Part shown: positions 17,895 through 27,734 of the stretch, one piece after another
Numbering within the stretch: the first letter of the stretch is position 1
Layout of the letters: each line of letters begins with the position of its first letter
Assembly (NCBI GenBank): GCA_036845485.1
Contig: DAIUDS010000001.1
Span: forward strand, 3,574-67,573
Length of the DNA stretch: 64,000 nt
From: Jiangellaceae bacterium
GTDB lineage: Bacteria; Actinomycetota; Actinomycetes; Jiangellales; Jiangellaceae
Direction: 5' to 3'
The notes under the pieces: model-generated
The model's input: the letters and a program-made list of their open reading frames with translations, nothing else
What the model was told of the DNA's origin: nothing
Databases searched by the model: none
Translations under genes and position numbers: made by a program

Positions 17895-19121
17895 ATGCCC
17901 GAGGCCGTCATAGTCGCCACCGCGCGGTCGCCGATCGGACGGGCACGCAAGGGCTCGCTGGTCGATGTCCGTCCGGACGACCTGGCAGCCGACATCATCC
18001 GCATGGCGCTGGACAAGGTGCCCGCCCTCCATCCGGCCACGATCGACGACATCTACGTCGGCTGCGCGGAACCGCGTGATGAGCACGGCGGCAACATGGC
18101 CCGCCGGATTGCCGTCCAGCTCGGTCTGGACAGCGTGCCGGCGGTAACCGTCAACCGGTTCTGCGCGTCGTCGTTGCAGACGGCCAGGATGGCCTTCCAC
18201 GCGATCAAGGTCGGCGAGGGCGACGTGTTCGTGTCGGCCGGCGTGGAGTGCGTCTCGCGCTACAGCGGCTTCGGCGGCGCCGGCGTGGACCCGTTCGACA
18301 CGCACAACCCGGTCTTCGCCGAGGCGGAGGCGCGCACCGACCGCTACGCCGAGACCAACGGGACGTGGCACGACCCACGGGCCGACGGTGAGCTGCCCGA
18401 CATCTACATCCAGATGGGCCAGACGGCGGAGAACGTCGCGACGGGGTTCGGGGTCACGCGGCACGACCAGGACGAGTTCGCCGTGCTCTCACAGAACCGG
18501 GCTGAACAATCGATCAAGGATGGCTTCTTCGCGCGCGAGATCTCGCCGGTCACGCTGCCCGACGGCCGGGTCGTCGACACCGACGACGGCCCTCGGCCGG
18601 GCACGACGTACGAGAAGGTCGCCGCGCTGCAGCCCGTGTTCCGTCCCGACGGCACCGTGACCGCGGGCAACTGTTGCCCGCTCAACGACGGCGCCGCGGC
18701 CGTCGTCATCATGTCCGACGTCCGAGCCCGAGACCTTGGACTGACGCCGCTCGCCCGGATCGTCGCGACGGCCGCATCGGCGCTGTCACCTGAGATCATG
18801 GGGCTCGGGCCGGTCGACGCGACCCGGCGGGTGTTGGCCCGTACGGCGATGACAATCGACGACATCGACCTGGTCGAGATCAACGAGGCGTTTGCCGCCC
18901 AGGTCGTGCCCAGCGCCCGCATGCTCGGCATCCCGTACGACAAGCTCAACGTCCACGGCGGCGCCATCGCGCTCGGTCATCCGTTCGGGATGACCGGTGC
19001 TCGGATCATGACCACGCTGCTCAACGGCTTGCAGTCGACCGGCGGCACGATCGGCCTGGAGACGATGTGCGTCGGGGGCGGCCAGGGCATGGCCGTCGTG
19101 CTGGAGCGATTGGGCGGCTGA
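17895..19121 (+). CDS. acetyl-CoA C-acyltransferase (thiolase)
   Basis: VNRFCASSLQ active-site Cys, and NVHGGAIALGHPFGMTGAR...CVGGGQG at the C-terminus. Confidence 0.9.
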   Translation: MPEAVIVATARSPIGRARKGSLVDVRPDDLAADIIRMALDKVPALHPATIDDIYVGCAEPRDEHGGNMARRIAVQLGLDSVPAVTVNRFCASSLQTARMAFHAIKVGEGDVFVSAGVECVSRYSGFGGAGVDPFDTHNPVFAEAEARTDRYAETNGTWHDPRADGELPDIYIQMGQTAENVATGFGVTRHDQDEFAVLSQNRAEQSIKDGFFAREISPVTLPDGRVVDTDDGPRPGTTYEKVAALQPVFRPDGTVTAGNCCPLNDGAAAVVIMSDVRARDLGLTPLARIVATAASALSPEIMGLGPVDATRRVLARTAMTIDDIDLVEINEAFAAQVVPSARMLGIPYDKLNVHGGAIALGHPFGMTGARIMTTLLNGLQSTGGTIGLETMCVGGGQGMAVVLERLGG

Positions 19122-19229
19122 ACCCCCGTGCCTCGTCATGGGGAATCGGTCCGGCTGATGGGCTTGTGCCGTCGGCGGCCGTCAGGCAGTCTCGTAAGAC
19201 GGAGCCCCTCGACGCCACCGGAGGCCACC

Positions 19230-19460
19230 ATGAGCCTGAATCACTCCGAGGAGACCCATCGGAACTTGGTCGCCAGAGTTCCCCAAGCGACCGGACGAGA
19301 GCTCCCAGAGTGGTTCCAGGCCCTCGAGGCCGGGCCGGCGTTCCTGCGCTTCGGCGACCGCGTTCGATGGCTGCGCGACGAACATGGGCTGGCCCATGGC
19401 CATGCCACGGCGATCGTGCACGAGCACGACCTGCGCCGGGCACAGCGCTCGTTCGAATAG
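19230..19460 (+). CDS. DUF4287 domain protein
   Basis: MSLNHSEETHRNLVARVPQATGRELPEWF...HGHATAIV. The internal ATG 19230 is preferred over the track start at 19128. Confidence 0.65.
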   Translation: MSLNHSEETHRNLVARVPQATGRELPEWFQALEAGPAFLRFGDRVRWLRDEHGLAHGHATAIVHEHDLRRAQRSFE

Positions 19461-19481
19461 GGCCGTCAAGAGGCTCGGGCG

Positions 19482-20285
19482 CTACTCGCCTCCGCGCAGG
19501 ATCGCGAGCAGCCGCAGGATCTCGACATAGAGCCAAACCAGCGTGACGGTCAGCCCGAACGCAGCCGTCCAGGCGAATTTGGCCGGGATGCCTTGCTGGA
19601 CGCCCTTCTCGACGAAGTCGAAGTCGAGGACCAGGCAGAACGCGGCCAGCCCGACCGCGAACAGCCCGATCAGCACTCCGAAGATGCCGGTGCGGAAGCC
19701 GAACACGCTGTCGCTGGACCCGAAGACCTGGAACAGCAGGTTGACCAGAACGAACACGAGGTAGCCGCCCAGCGCGATCATGACTCCGCGCCGGAACCTC
19801 GGCGTGACCCGGATCCGCTTGCTGCGGTACGCCCACAGGGAGACCGCGAAAACCGCCAGGGTGGCCAGGACGGCCTGCGCCACGATGCCGTCGAGGTCGT
19901 TGCCGTTGATCTGCATGCCCTCGAAGACGCTGCTGATGCCGCCGACGAACAGGCCCTCGAACGCCGCGTACGCCAGAATCAGCGCCGGGCTCGGATTCCG
20001 CTTGAACGCGTTGACCAGGCCCAGCACCAGGCCGACGATCGCACCGACGATGTAGAGCTGGGGTGTGAACCACCCCACCACGGCGCCCACGAGAAGCACG
20101 CCGAAGGTGAGGCCGGTCTTGACCACGACGTCGTCGTAGGTCATCCGCCCCGTCTGCACCGGCGTTGCCGACGGTGCCGTGTACATGTCCTCCAGCTGTT
20201 CGGCGCTCGGCGCGACGGATCCGTGGCCCGCCTGCCGGTCTCTGAATGCCTCGGTCCGGTTGAAGACCGGGTTCCTGCTCTCCAT
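19482..20285 (-). CDS. Bax inhibitor-1/YccA family membrane protein
   Basis: N-terminus MESRNPVFNRTEAF followed by about 7 TM helices. 267 aa. Confidence 0.8.
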   Translation of the reverse strand: MESRNPVFNRTEAFRDRQAGHGSVAPSAEQLEDMYTAPSATPVQTGRMTYDDVVVKTGLTFGVLLVGAVVGWFTPQLYIVGAIVGLVLGLVNAFKRNPSPALILAYAAFEGLFVGGISSVFEGMQINGNDLDGIVAQAVLATLAVFAVSLWAYRSKRIRVTPRFRRGVMIALGGYLVFVLVNLLFQVFGSSDSVFGFRTGIFGVLIGLFAVGLAAFCLVLDFDFVEKGVQQGIPAKFAWTAAFGLTVTLVWLYVEILRLLAILRGGE

Positions 20286-20445
20286 CGCTCTCCTTCACGC
20301 CGCCGGGCGTCGACCCTGGCGATCCGTTACCTCTCTCAACAGTACCGATCGGGACGAGGTTCCGGGCATTCGCCCACAGGAATGGGTCCAGCCGGGTGGG
20401 CCGCCAGGCGTAGACTGCGGCCCCACCGACCCCCGAGAGCCGACG

Positions 20446-22152
20446 ATGACCCTCGCGCCGCCCGCCGACCTGCCCCTGAGCCCGCTGGTGGACCGCATTC
20501 GCCAGGCCGTGATCGGCAACGACCACGTCATCGTGGGGCCGTTCGGGCCGCGGCAGATGGTCTACGCCGACTACACCGCGAGCGGCCGATCGTTGGCCTT
20601 CATCGAGGACTTCATCCGCGAGCGGGTGCTGCCTTCGTACGCGAACACGCACACGGAGTCGAGCGGCACCGGGCTGCAGACCACCCGGCTGCGTGAGGAC
20701 GCGCGTCGGATCATCCGCGACACGCTGGGCGGCCACGACGACACCGTCGTGGTTTTCTGCGGCTCCGGAGCCACTGGTGCGGTCGACAAGATGGTCGGCA
20801 TCCTGGGCCTTCGAGCCGGACGCCGCGGCGACATTCCCGCAGCGGAACGCCCGATCGTCTTCGTCGGGCCGTACGAGCACCACTCCAACGAGCTGCCGTG
20901 GCGGGAGTCGACAGCCGACGTCGTGGCGATTCCGGAGGACCGCGAGGGTCACATCGACGTCGCTGCGTTGCGCTCGCAACTCCTCCGCCATGCCGACCGC
21001 AGGCTTCGCATCGGCGCGTTCTCCGCCGCGTCGAACGTCACCGGAATCCTCACCGACGTCCATGGCGTCGCACGTGTGCTGCACGAGCACGGCGCCCTCT
21101 CGTTCTGGGACTACGCCGCCGCGGCGGCGTACGTCGAGATCGACATGAAACCGGCGGATGATCCGCTGGGCTACCTGGACGCGGTCTTCCTGTCCCCGCA
21201 CAAGTTCGTGGGCGGGCCAGGCACGCCTGGCGTTCTGGCCGCGCGGCGTGAGCTGTTCGACAACCCGGTGCCCGTCGTCGTCGGTGGAGGAACCGTCTCC
21301 TACGTCAACCCGGTCGAGCACAATTACGTCGCCGATCCCGCCCACCGCGAGGAGGGCGGCACACCGGCGATCGTCGAGTCCATTCGGGCCGGCCTGGTCT
21401 TCCAGCTCAAGGAGGCCGTCGGCACCGACGTCATCGCGGCTCACGAGGCTGACTTCGCGCGACGTGCGATCAGGTCGTGGTCACAGCATCCCGAGATCGA
21501 CATCCTCGGCAACCTCGACTCCGAGCGCCTGGCCATCGTTTCGTTCGAGGTGCGGCGACCGGGCGGCCGTCGGCTGCACCACAACTTCGTCGTCGGGGTG
21601 CTCAACGACCTGTTCGGCATCCAGGCGCGCGGCGGCTGTTCGTGCGCGGGACCGTATGGACACCGTCTGCTCGCCATCGATCTCGACACGTCACACGAGT
21701 TCGAGCGCGAGATCGAACACGGCCTGGAGGGGATCAAGCCGGGCTGGTCCCGGGTGAACTTCAACTACTTCATCGCTGAGAACACCTTCCGCTACATCGT
21801 CGAGGCCGTCGAGCTCGTCGCGACGTACGGTTACCGGCTGCTGCCCGAATACGTCTTCGACCCGGTCACGGCCCTGTGGCGGCATCGCGACAGTCCGGGC
21901 GCACCGCCGCTTAGCCTCGACGACGTGACCTATTCCGACGACGGCCCGCTGGTGGCCCCCGGGTTCACGCTGCCCGCTCCGATCACATTGAGCGACCAGT
22001 TCGAGGAGGCCGCCAAGATCCTCGAAGCACTGCCGGAGCCAGAGCCAGACGCTTCGGACGGCATGCCCCGCGTCTCGGCCGACTTCGAGCGGCTGCGCTG
22101 GTTCGAGCTGCCGACGGCCTGTGTGACGACCGCGAAGCCCATGCCCACGTAA
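20446..22152 (+). CDS. aminotransferase class V-fold PLP-dependent enzyme (cysteine-desulfurase-like)
   Basis: YADYTASGRSL...SYANTHTESSGTG...FLSPHKFVGGPGTPGVL. ATG 20446 is preferred; the upstream 89 codons of the track ORF lie antisense to the BI-1 gene. Confidence 0.8.
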   Translation: MTLAPPADLPLSPLVDRIRQAVIGNDHVIVGPFGPRQMVYADYTASGRSLAFIEDFIRERVLPSYANTHTESSGTGLQTTRLREDARRIIRDTLGGHDDTVVVFCGSGATGAVDKMVGILGLRAGRRGDIPAAERPIVFVGPYEHHSNELPWRESTADVVAIPEDREGHIDVAALRSQLLRHADRRLRIGAFSAASNVTGILTDVHGVARVLHEHGALSFWDYAAAAAYVEIDMKPADDPLGYLDAVFLSPHKFVGGPGTPGVLAARRELFDNPVPVVVGGGTVSYVNPVEHNYVADPAHREEGGTPAIVESIRAGLVFQLKEAVGTDVIAAHEADFARRAIRSWSQHPEIDILGNLDSERLAIVSFEVRRPGGRRLHHNFVVGVLNDLFGIQARGGCSCAGPYGHRLLAIDLDTSHEFEREIEHGLEGIKPGWSRVNFNYFIAENTFRYIVEAVELVATYGYRLLPEYVFDPVTALWRHRDSPGAPPLSLDDVTYSDDGPLVAPGFTLPAPITLSDQFEEAAKILEALPEPEPDASDGMPRVSADFERLRWFELPTACVTTAKPMPT

Positions 22153-22171
22153 GGCACGTCCGGCGACAGTG

Positions 22172-22735
22172 TCAGCCGGTCCGACCGTACATCGCGAGCA
22201 GCCGGGTCTGAGAATCGGCGTCGTCGGCGACCGGCGGGCGGTCCGCGATCGCGCCGCCGGCCCGGTATAAGTCTTCCGTGCTCTCGAACCACGCCGCGAC
22301 CGCGTCGACGAGCTCGCCGTCCAGCCTGGTGTCGCCACCGACGGCGATCGCGAGATCCCAGGCGTGAACGAGGTTGTCGGCACCGACCTGAAGGAGGTAC
22401 TCGCTGGCCGGCACATCGCCGGACGAGATGTGAACGAGCGTGTCGGAAGACTCCAGGGCGGCCGCCGCGTCGGTGGCGTTCTCGACGGCCCGCCGCGCCG
22501 CGGCCTGGGGGTCGTCGCCCAGCTGGTCGCCGTCGAAGCGGTCGCCCACCTCCTCGATGGTGCTGCCCTGCAGCAGCGGCGGAACCCAGAGGTTCTCGAC
22601 CGTGACGTGGTTGACCAAGGCCCGCACATCCCACTCGGAACAGGGCGTGAAGTGGGACCACTGGTCCGGCTGTACGACGGCCACCCGGCTGTCGAATTCC
22701 TTACATGCCCTGTCGAACAGGTCGACGGCGTCCAT
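22172..22735 (-). CDS. TIGR03086-family (mycothiol maleylpyruvate isomerase N-terminal / DinB-like) protein
   Basis: MDAVDLFDRACKEFDSRVAVVQPDQWSHFTPCSEWDVRALVNHV. Only the last 187 codons of the 419-aa track ORF look protein-like. Confidence 0.7.
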   Translation of the reverse strand: MDAVDLFDRACKEFDSRVAVVQPDQWSHFTPCSEWDVRALVNHVTVENLWVPPLLQGSTIEEVGDRFDGDQLGDDPQAAARRAVENATDAAAALESSDTLVHISSGDVPASEYLLQVGADNLVHAWDLAIAVGGDTRLDGELVDAVAAWFESTEDLYRAGGAIADRPPVADDADSQTRLLAMYGRTG

Positions 22736-22792
22736 GACCCCTCCAGCGAGCGGATGCCCGATTAGCCTCCGGCGCGTCCGTAGATTATCCGT

Positions 22793-24874
22793 GTGACCGA
22801 CGACTTTCCGCGCCAGTACGCCCGAACCCGCCGATTCACCGCGGGGGTGCCCCGACAGTTCACGGTCAGTCCGGACGGAGAGCGCGTGGTGTTCTGCCGG
22901 TCCGGCAGCGGCGCAGACCCGACGCAGTCGCTCTGGGTGCTCGACGTCGCCACCGGGGCCGAGCGCCTGGTCGCCGACCCGGCGGTGCTGATCCGGGTCG
23001 ATGCCGACGTTCCAGCCGAGGAACGGGCCCGCCGGGAACGGGCCCGGGATCGAGCGACCGGCATCACCACCTATGCCACCGACTGGGCGGTGCGGGTGGC
23101 AGCGTTCGGCTTGTCCGGCAGGGTCTGGCTGGTCGATCTCGAGAACGGCGGGCCGCGGGAACTGGCCGCCGCCCGTCCGGTCGTCGACCCACGGCCCAGC
23201 CCGTCCGGCGACTGCGTGGCGTATGTCTCGGGCGGCGCGCTCCGGGTGATCGCGGCGGACGGACGGGACGACCGGCTGCTCGCAGAGCCCGAGGACGCGG
23301 ATGTCACCTATGGGCTCGCCGAGTTCGTGGCGGCCGAGGAGATGGGCCGGCGGCGTGGCCACTGGTGGTCGCCCGACGGCGACCAGGTGCTGGTAGCCCG
23401 GGTCGACGAACGTGACGTGACCCGCGTGCACATCGCCGATCCGGCCGATCCGGCCAGACCGCCTACCGCTCTGCGCTATCCGTTGGCCGGCACGGCGAAC
23501 GCTCAGGTGACCCTTTGGCTACTCGGACTGGACGGGTCCCGTATGCCCGTCAGGTGGGACCGGGCCGGCTTCGAGTACGTCGTCACCGTGCACTGGAGTC
23601 GGGAGGGCCTGCTCGTGGTCGTTCAGAACCGTGCGCAGACGACGACCCGGGTCCTGGCCGTGAACTCCAGGACGGGCGACACGACGGTCGTCCGCGAGGA
23701 CCGCGACCCCGCGTGGGTGCCCGTCGTACCCGGCGTCCCTGACCTCACCTCGGACGGCAGCCTCGTGTGGGTCGCCGGAGGGGACGAAACCGACACCCGG
23801 CACCTGATGGTCGACGGCCGCCCCGTCACGCCTGCGGGACTCCAGGTCCGGGAGGTACTGGACGTCGACGGCGATGCCGTGCTGCTCGCCGCCTCCCAGG
23901 AGCCAACCGAGACCCATGTCTGGAGCTGGTCGGCGACGGGTGGCCTCACCCGGCTGTCCGGGACGCCCGGCGTGCATCGTGGCCGATCGGGCGGCGGCAC
24001 CGTGGTCATGGTGTCCGAGGCTCTCGACGCGTCCGGCGTGCGCGTCACGGCGCGGACATCGACGGAGGGCCAGGTTGCCATCGCGTCGAACGCCGAGACG
24101 CCGGTACTGGCGCCACGCGTCGCGATCCTCCATGCCGGCGAGCATGCGCTGAGGACGGCGGTGGTGTTCCCGACCGGTCATGTTCCAGGCTCGGCCGAGC
24201 TGCCGGTCCTCCTCGATCCGTACGGCGGGCCCGCCGCACAACGCGTCGTCGCCGCCTCGTCCGCGTATCTGGTGCCGCAGTGGTTCGCGGACCAGGGCTT
24301 CGCGGTCGTGGTCGCCGACGGCCGTGGGACACCGGGCCGCGGTCCGGCATGGGACCGCGCGATCCATCTCGAAAAGGCTGAGGTCGCCCTGGAGGACCAG
24401 GTGGTCGCATTGAACGCGGCCGCCGAGTTGTACCCGGATCTCGACCTGAGCCGAGTCGCGATCCGCGGCTGGTCTTACGGCGGCTACCTGGCGGCTCTGG
24501 CTGTTCTCCGCCGGCCGGACGTCTTCCACGCCGCCGTCGCCGGCGCCCCGGTGACCGACCAGCGCCTCTACGACACCCACTACCAGGAGCGATACCTGGG
24601 GCACCCCGACGAGCACCCCAAGGTCTACGACCAGTGCTCGTTGATCGCCGACGCCCCCGGCCTGCGCCGGCCCCTCATGCTCGTGCACGGGCTCGCCGAC
24701 GACAACGTTTTCGCTGCGCACACGCTGCGACTGTCAGCCGCGTTGACGGCCGCCGGCCGCCCGCACACAGTGCTACCGCTGGTCAGGGCCACCCACATGG
24801 CCGACGACGAGGCTGTCACGGCCAACCTGCTGGTCCTCCAGGCCGATTTCCTGCTGAACGCGCTCGGGGCGTAA
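22793..24874 (+). CDS. S9 family peptidase (DPP-IV/prolyl oligopeptidase type)
   Basis: N-terminal beta-propeller, C-terminal alpha/beta domain with nucleophile GWSYGG, and LVHGLADDNV near the Asp. Confidence 0.9.
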   Translation: MTDDFPRQYARTRRFTAGVPRQFTVSPDGERVVFCRSGSGADPTQSLWVLDVATGAERLVADPAVLIRVDADVPAEERARRERARDRATGITTYATDWAVRVAAFGLSGRVWLVDLENGGPRELAAARPVVDPRPSPSGDCVAYVSGGALRVIAADGRDDRLLAEPEDADVTYGLAEFVAAEEMGRRRGHWWSPDGDQVLVARVDERDVTRVHIADPADPARPPTALRYPLAGTANAQVTLWLLGLDGSRMPVRWDRAGFEYVVTVHWSREGLLVVVQNRAQTTTRVLAVNSRTGDTTVVREDRDPAWVPVVPGVPDLTSDGSLVWVAGGDETDTRHLMVDGRPVTPAGLQVREVLDVDGDAVLLAASQEPTETHVWSWSATGGLTRLSGTPGVHRGRSGGGTVVMVSEALDASGVRVTARTSTEGQVAIASNAETPVLAPRVAILHAGEHALRTAVVFPTGHVPGSAELPVLLDPYGGPAAQRVVAASSAYLVPQWFADQGFAVVVADGRGTPGRGPAWDRAIHLEKAEVALEDQVVALNAAAELYPDLDLSRVAIRGWSYGGYLAALAVLRRPDVFHAAVAGAPVTDQRLYDTHYQERYLGHPDEHPKVYDQCSLIADAPGLRRPLMLVHGLADDNVFAAHTLRLSAALTAAGRPHTVLPLVRATHMADDEAVTANLLVLQADFLLNALGA

Positions 24875-24996
24875 GGCCGGTGGCGAGCCCGCTCGGCGAG
24901 CCCCGTAGTCCGCTGTTCGTGGGGTCCTTCTCGGCATAGCTGAGCACCACCACGACCGGGCTCTGATGCGGATACCTGGCGTCGATGCTGGTGACG

Positions 24997-26217
24997 TCAG
25001 TGCCGTGCCGATGCCGGTATTCGCCGGGCGACCAGCATCGCCACGTCGTCGTGAGACGCGTGGTCGTCCAGCAACGCCGTCAGCACTGACCGGCAGACCA
25101 CCTCGGGGTGCGATGCAGTCATGACCTTGACCAACCGCGCGAGCGTCTCGTCCAGAGGGACATGCCGCCGCTCCACGAGGCCGTCGGTGAACATGCACAA
25201 GGACGCACCGGACGGCACGTCGACGGCGACGCGCTGTCGCCTCACGTCCGGTGCGACGCCGAGCGGCAGATCGACCTCTGCCTCGACCATGACGGCCTCC
25301 GCCTCGGGCAGCGCCAGCGTGGGCAGCAGGTGGCCGGCCGAGGACAGCTCCATCCGCCCCGTCGCGATCTCGAGCACGGTGTAGAGGACGGTCATCATCT
25401 GACCGGCTTCGAAATGCTGCGCCTTCCGGTCGAGCCGCTCGAGCACATCTGCCGGGTCCAGCGTCTCGATGGCGTAGGCCCGCAGCGCGCTGCGCAGCCG
25501 ACCCATGACCACCGCTGCCTGCAGGCCCCGGCCGACGACGTCGCCGATGACCAGCCCAACGCGACCCTCCGGCAGCCGGAACACGTCGTACCAGTCACCC
25601 CCGACGCCTCCCTCGTCCCCGGGCAGGTAGCGGGCGGCCAGCTCCAGACCGGGAACGTCGGGTAGCCGGGTGGGGACCAGGCTGCGCTGGAGGGCTGACG
25701 CTGCGGCGCGCTCCACATTCGTCCGGCGAGCCTCGGTGGCGAGGGCTACCCGGTCGGCCACCATCTGGAGGAGCTCGACGTCGGCACTGTCGAATCGGCG
25801 GGGAGTGAGCGTGCCGACGTGGAGGACGCCGATGACCCGCCCGGAGGCAACCAGCGGAGCGCCGAGCAGCGAGCAGATGCCCCGTTCCCTGAGGATGGGA
25901 TTGACGACGTTGGTCTCGTCGACGTGCTCGATGACGACAGGCTGGACTCGGACCGCGATCGTCCCCGCGAAGCCCTGGCCGACCGGGATACGCACTCGTT
26001 GGCGAACCTCCTCCTCGATGCCTCTGGCGGCGACCGCCACCAACTCGTTGGTGCCCTCGTCGAGCAGCAGCACGACGGCCGTGTCGACCTCGAGCAGGTC
26101 GGTGACCCGTACGAGGAGCTCGTCCAGAAGGGTTTCGACATCGAGGTGGGCAAGCGCGTTGTCGGTAACCGCCTGGATGCGCCGCAGCCGTTCGGCGTCG
26201 GTGTCCAGGTCGCTCAC
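24997..26217 (-). CDS. GAF domain plus PP2C/SpoIIE-type serine phosphatase (RsbU/RsbP-like)
   Basis: A GAF region followed by GGDWYDV...GDVVGRG...FTDGLVE motifs. The start at GTG 26217 forms a GTGA overlap with the upstream stop. Confidence 0.85.
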   Translation of the reverse strand: MSDLDTDAERLRRIQAVTDNALAHLDVETLLDELLVRVTDLLEVDTAVVLLLDEGTNELVAVAARGIEEEVRQRVRIPVGQGFAGTIAVRVQPVVIEHVDETNVVNPILRERGICSLLGAPLVASGRVIGVLHVGTLTPRRFDSADVELLQMVADRVALATEARRTNVERAAASALQRSLVPTRLPDVPGLELAARYLPGDEGGVGGDWYDVFRLPEGRVGLVIGDVVGRGLQAAVVMGRLRSALRAYAIETLDPADVLERLDRKAQHFEAGQMMTVLYTVLEIATGRMELSSAGHLLPTLALPEAEAVMVEAEVDLPLGVAPDVRRQRVAVDVPSGASLCMFTDGLVERRHVPLDETLARLVKVMTASHPEVVCRSVLTALLDDHASHDDVAMLVARRIPASARH

Positions 26218-26636
26218 GCGTGACCGACCTGCAAGGTCGAGTTCGAGCCGGCTGGGCGGATCGGCACCTCGGCCCACACCACTTTTCCGGCCCCAGCCCG
26301 TTCCGCTCCCCAGGCGTGGCTGAGTGACTCCACGATCAACAGTCCTCGCCCGACCGTGCTGCGCCGGTCAGGCCGCCTCACCTTCGGCATCACCGGGGAG
26401 CCGTCCTCCACCTCGACGCGCACCCGCGCTCGACCGACGTCCAGGTGCACGCGGATCGGTTCGGCTCCATGGGCGCACGCATTGGTGACCAACTCACTGA
26501 CCAGCAGCGCAAGGTCGACATTTCCCACGTCGACGTGCAGCGCAGCGCAGCGGGCTACCACCCAGCGCCGGGCAGCACGAGGCCGGTCTAACGCGCGACC
26601 GTTCAAGGAAAGGCTGAACCGGGACGGGCGGCGCAC
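26214..26636 (-). CDS. anti-sigma-factor-type serine kinase (RsbW/SpoIIAB-like HATPase)
   Basis: LVSELVTNACAHG (N-box) and GRGLLIVESLSHAWG (G-box). 140 aa. Confidence 0.8.
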   Translation of the reverse strand: MRRPSRFSLSLNGRALDRPRAARRWVVARCAALHVDVGNVDLALLVSELVTNACAHGAEPIRVHLDVGRARVRVEVEDGSPVMPKVRRPDRRSTVGRGLLIVESLSHAWGAERAGAGKVVWAEVPIRPAGSNSTLQVGHA

Positions 26637-26637
26637 G

Positions 26638-26970
26638 CTACGGCTCGTAGGTGAATGCGCCGGACAGGCCGCTGAGCTCGAACACCCGACGGAGGTCGTC
26701 GTTGGCGCCCACGATCACCATGTCGGCGCCACGCTCGTCGAGGGCGTTGCGGGTAACGACCAGCACCCGAAGGCCCGAGGAGTCCATGAACTCCACGTCG
26801 GCCAAGTCCACGATCAGACGGGTACAACGCTGGTCGAGCGCCGATGACAGGGCATCCTGGACGTGGTGTGCACTGCTCAGGTCGACCTCACCGCCCAGCC
26901 GGACGCGGACCGAGCTCCCGTCGCCGCTGACCTCGCGTTCGAGCCTCAGAAGACCCTCGGTTGCATCCAT
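26638..26970 (-). CDS. STAS domain anti-sigma-factor antagonist (RsbV/SpoIIAA-like)
   Basis: VDLADVEFMDSSGLRVLV has the conserved phosphorylatable Ser context. ATG 26970 is preferred over 27090. Confidence 0.8.
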   Translation of the reverse strand: MDATEGLLRLEREVSGDGSSVRVRLGGEVDLSSAHHVQDALSSALDQRCTRLIVDLADVEFMDSSGLRVLVVTRNALDERGADMVIVGANDDLRRVFELSGLSGAFTYEP

Positions 26971-27137
26971 TTCACCTGTCCCGATGCCCACTTCCCGGCG
27001 GATCGTAACACGGCAAAGATTAACGACTGCCGGCACCGACCGGAGGCGGTCGACCCCTGCCGCCCGCTTGCCAGCCGGCAAGCTCGTCACGGTCGGCTGT
27101 CCCCCCGGCGCACTGTTCCGGAAGTCGAGGAGGGAAA

Positions 27138-27657
27138 GTGCAGTACACCCAACTGGGGTCGTGCGGCCTCAACGTGTCGCGGATCTGCCTTGGCATGGCG
27201 GGGATCATCTTCTTCGACACCGCTGACGTCTATGACCGAGGCGCGAGTGAGGAGGTCACCGGCCGGCTCCTCGGCAAGCTCTTCGCCCGACGCAGCGACT
27301 ACGTGCTGGCCACAAAGGTCTTCTTCCCGATGGGTTCCGGGCCCAACGACGGGGGCCAGTCCCGCAAGCACATCATGGACAGCATCGACGCCTCCCTGCG
27401 GCGGCTCGGCACCGACTACGTCGACCTCTACCAGATTCACCGATGGGACCCCCGGACGCCAATCGAGGAGACCATGGGCGCGCTGAACGACGTGGTACGG
27501 GCGGGCAAGGCGCGTTACATCGGCGCCGTCATCGGCGCCACCAAGGGCCAACCACCTCGACGATGCGATCACCGCGGTGAACGTGACACTCAGCGAGGAA
27601 GAGACCGCCCACCTGGAGGCGCCGTACCGTCCCCACCGTGTCCTCGGCCACTCCTGA
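27138..27657 (+). pseudogene. aldo-keto reductase remnant (internal deletions plus a frameshift)
   Basis: The N-terminal and middle AKR blocks are present ([40 protein letters not shown]). They join directly to the extreme C-terminus in another frame ([29 protein letters not shown] 27655-27657). About 170 codons remain versus the ~330 typical of the family. Confidence 0.65.
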
Positions 27658-27734
27658 GTGACCGGCGGTCGCGTGGGCCGATGCCAAAACGGGCGCCCCT
27701 GTCCGGGACCTGGGCGCCCGAGCGCCCAGCGGTA

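Noticed and set aside
19021-21444. 807-aa minus-strand ORF spanning the thiolase end, DUF4287, BI-1 and aminotransferase regions
   Set aside because: Its composition is Arg/Gly/Pro/Ala-rich and low in complexity. It runs antisense to, or out of frame with, four genes that have clear motifs. It is a typical shadow ORF of high-GC DNA.
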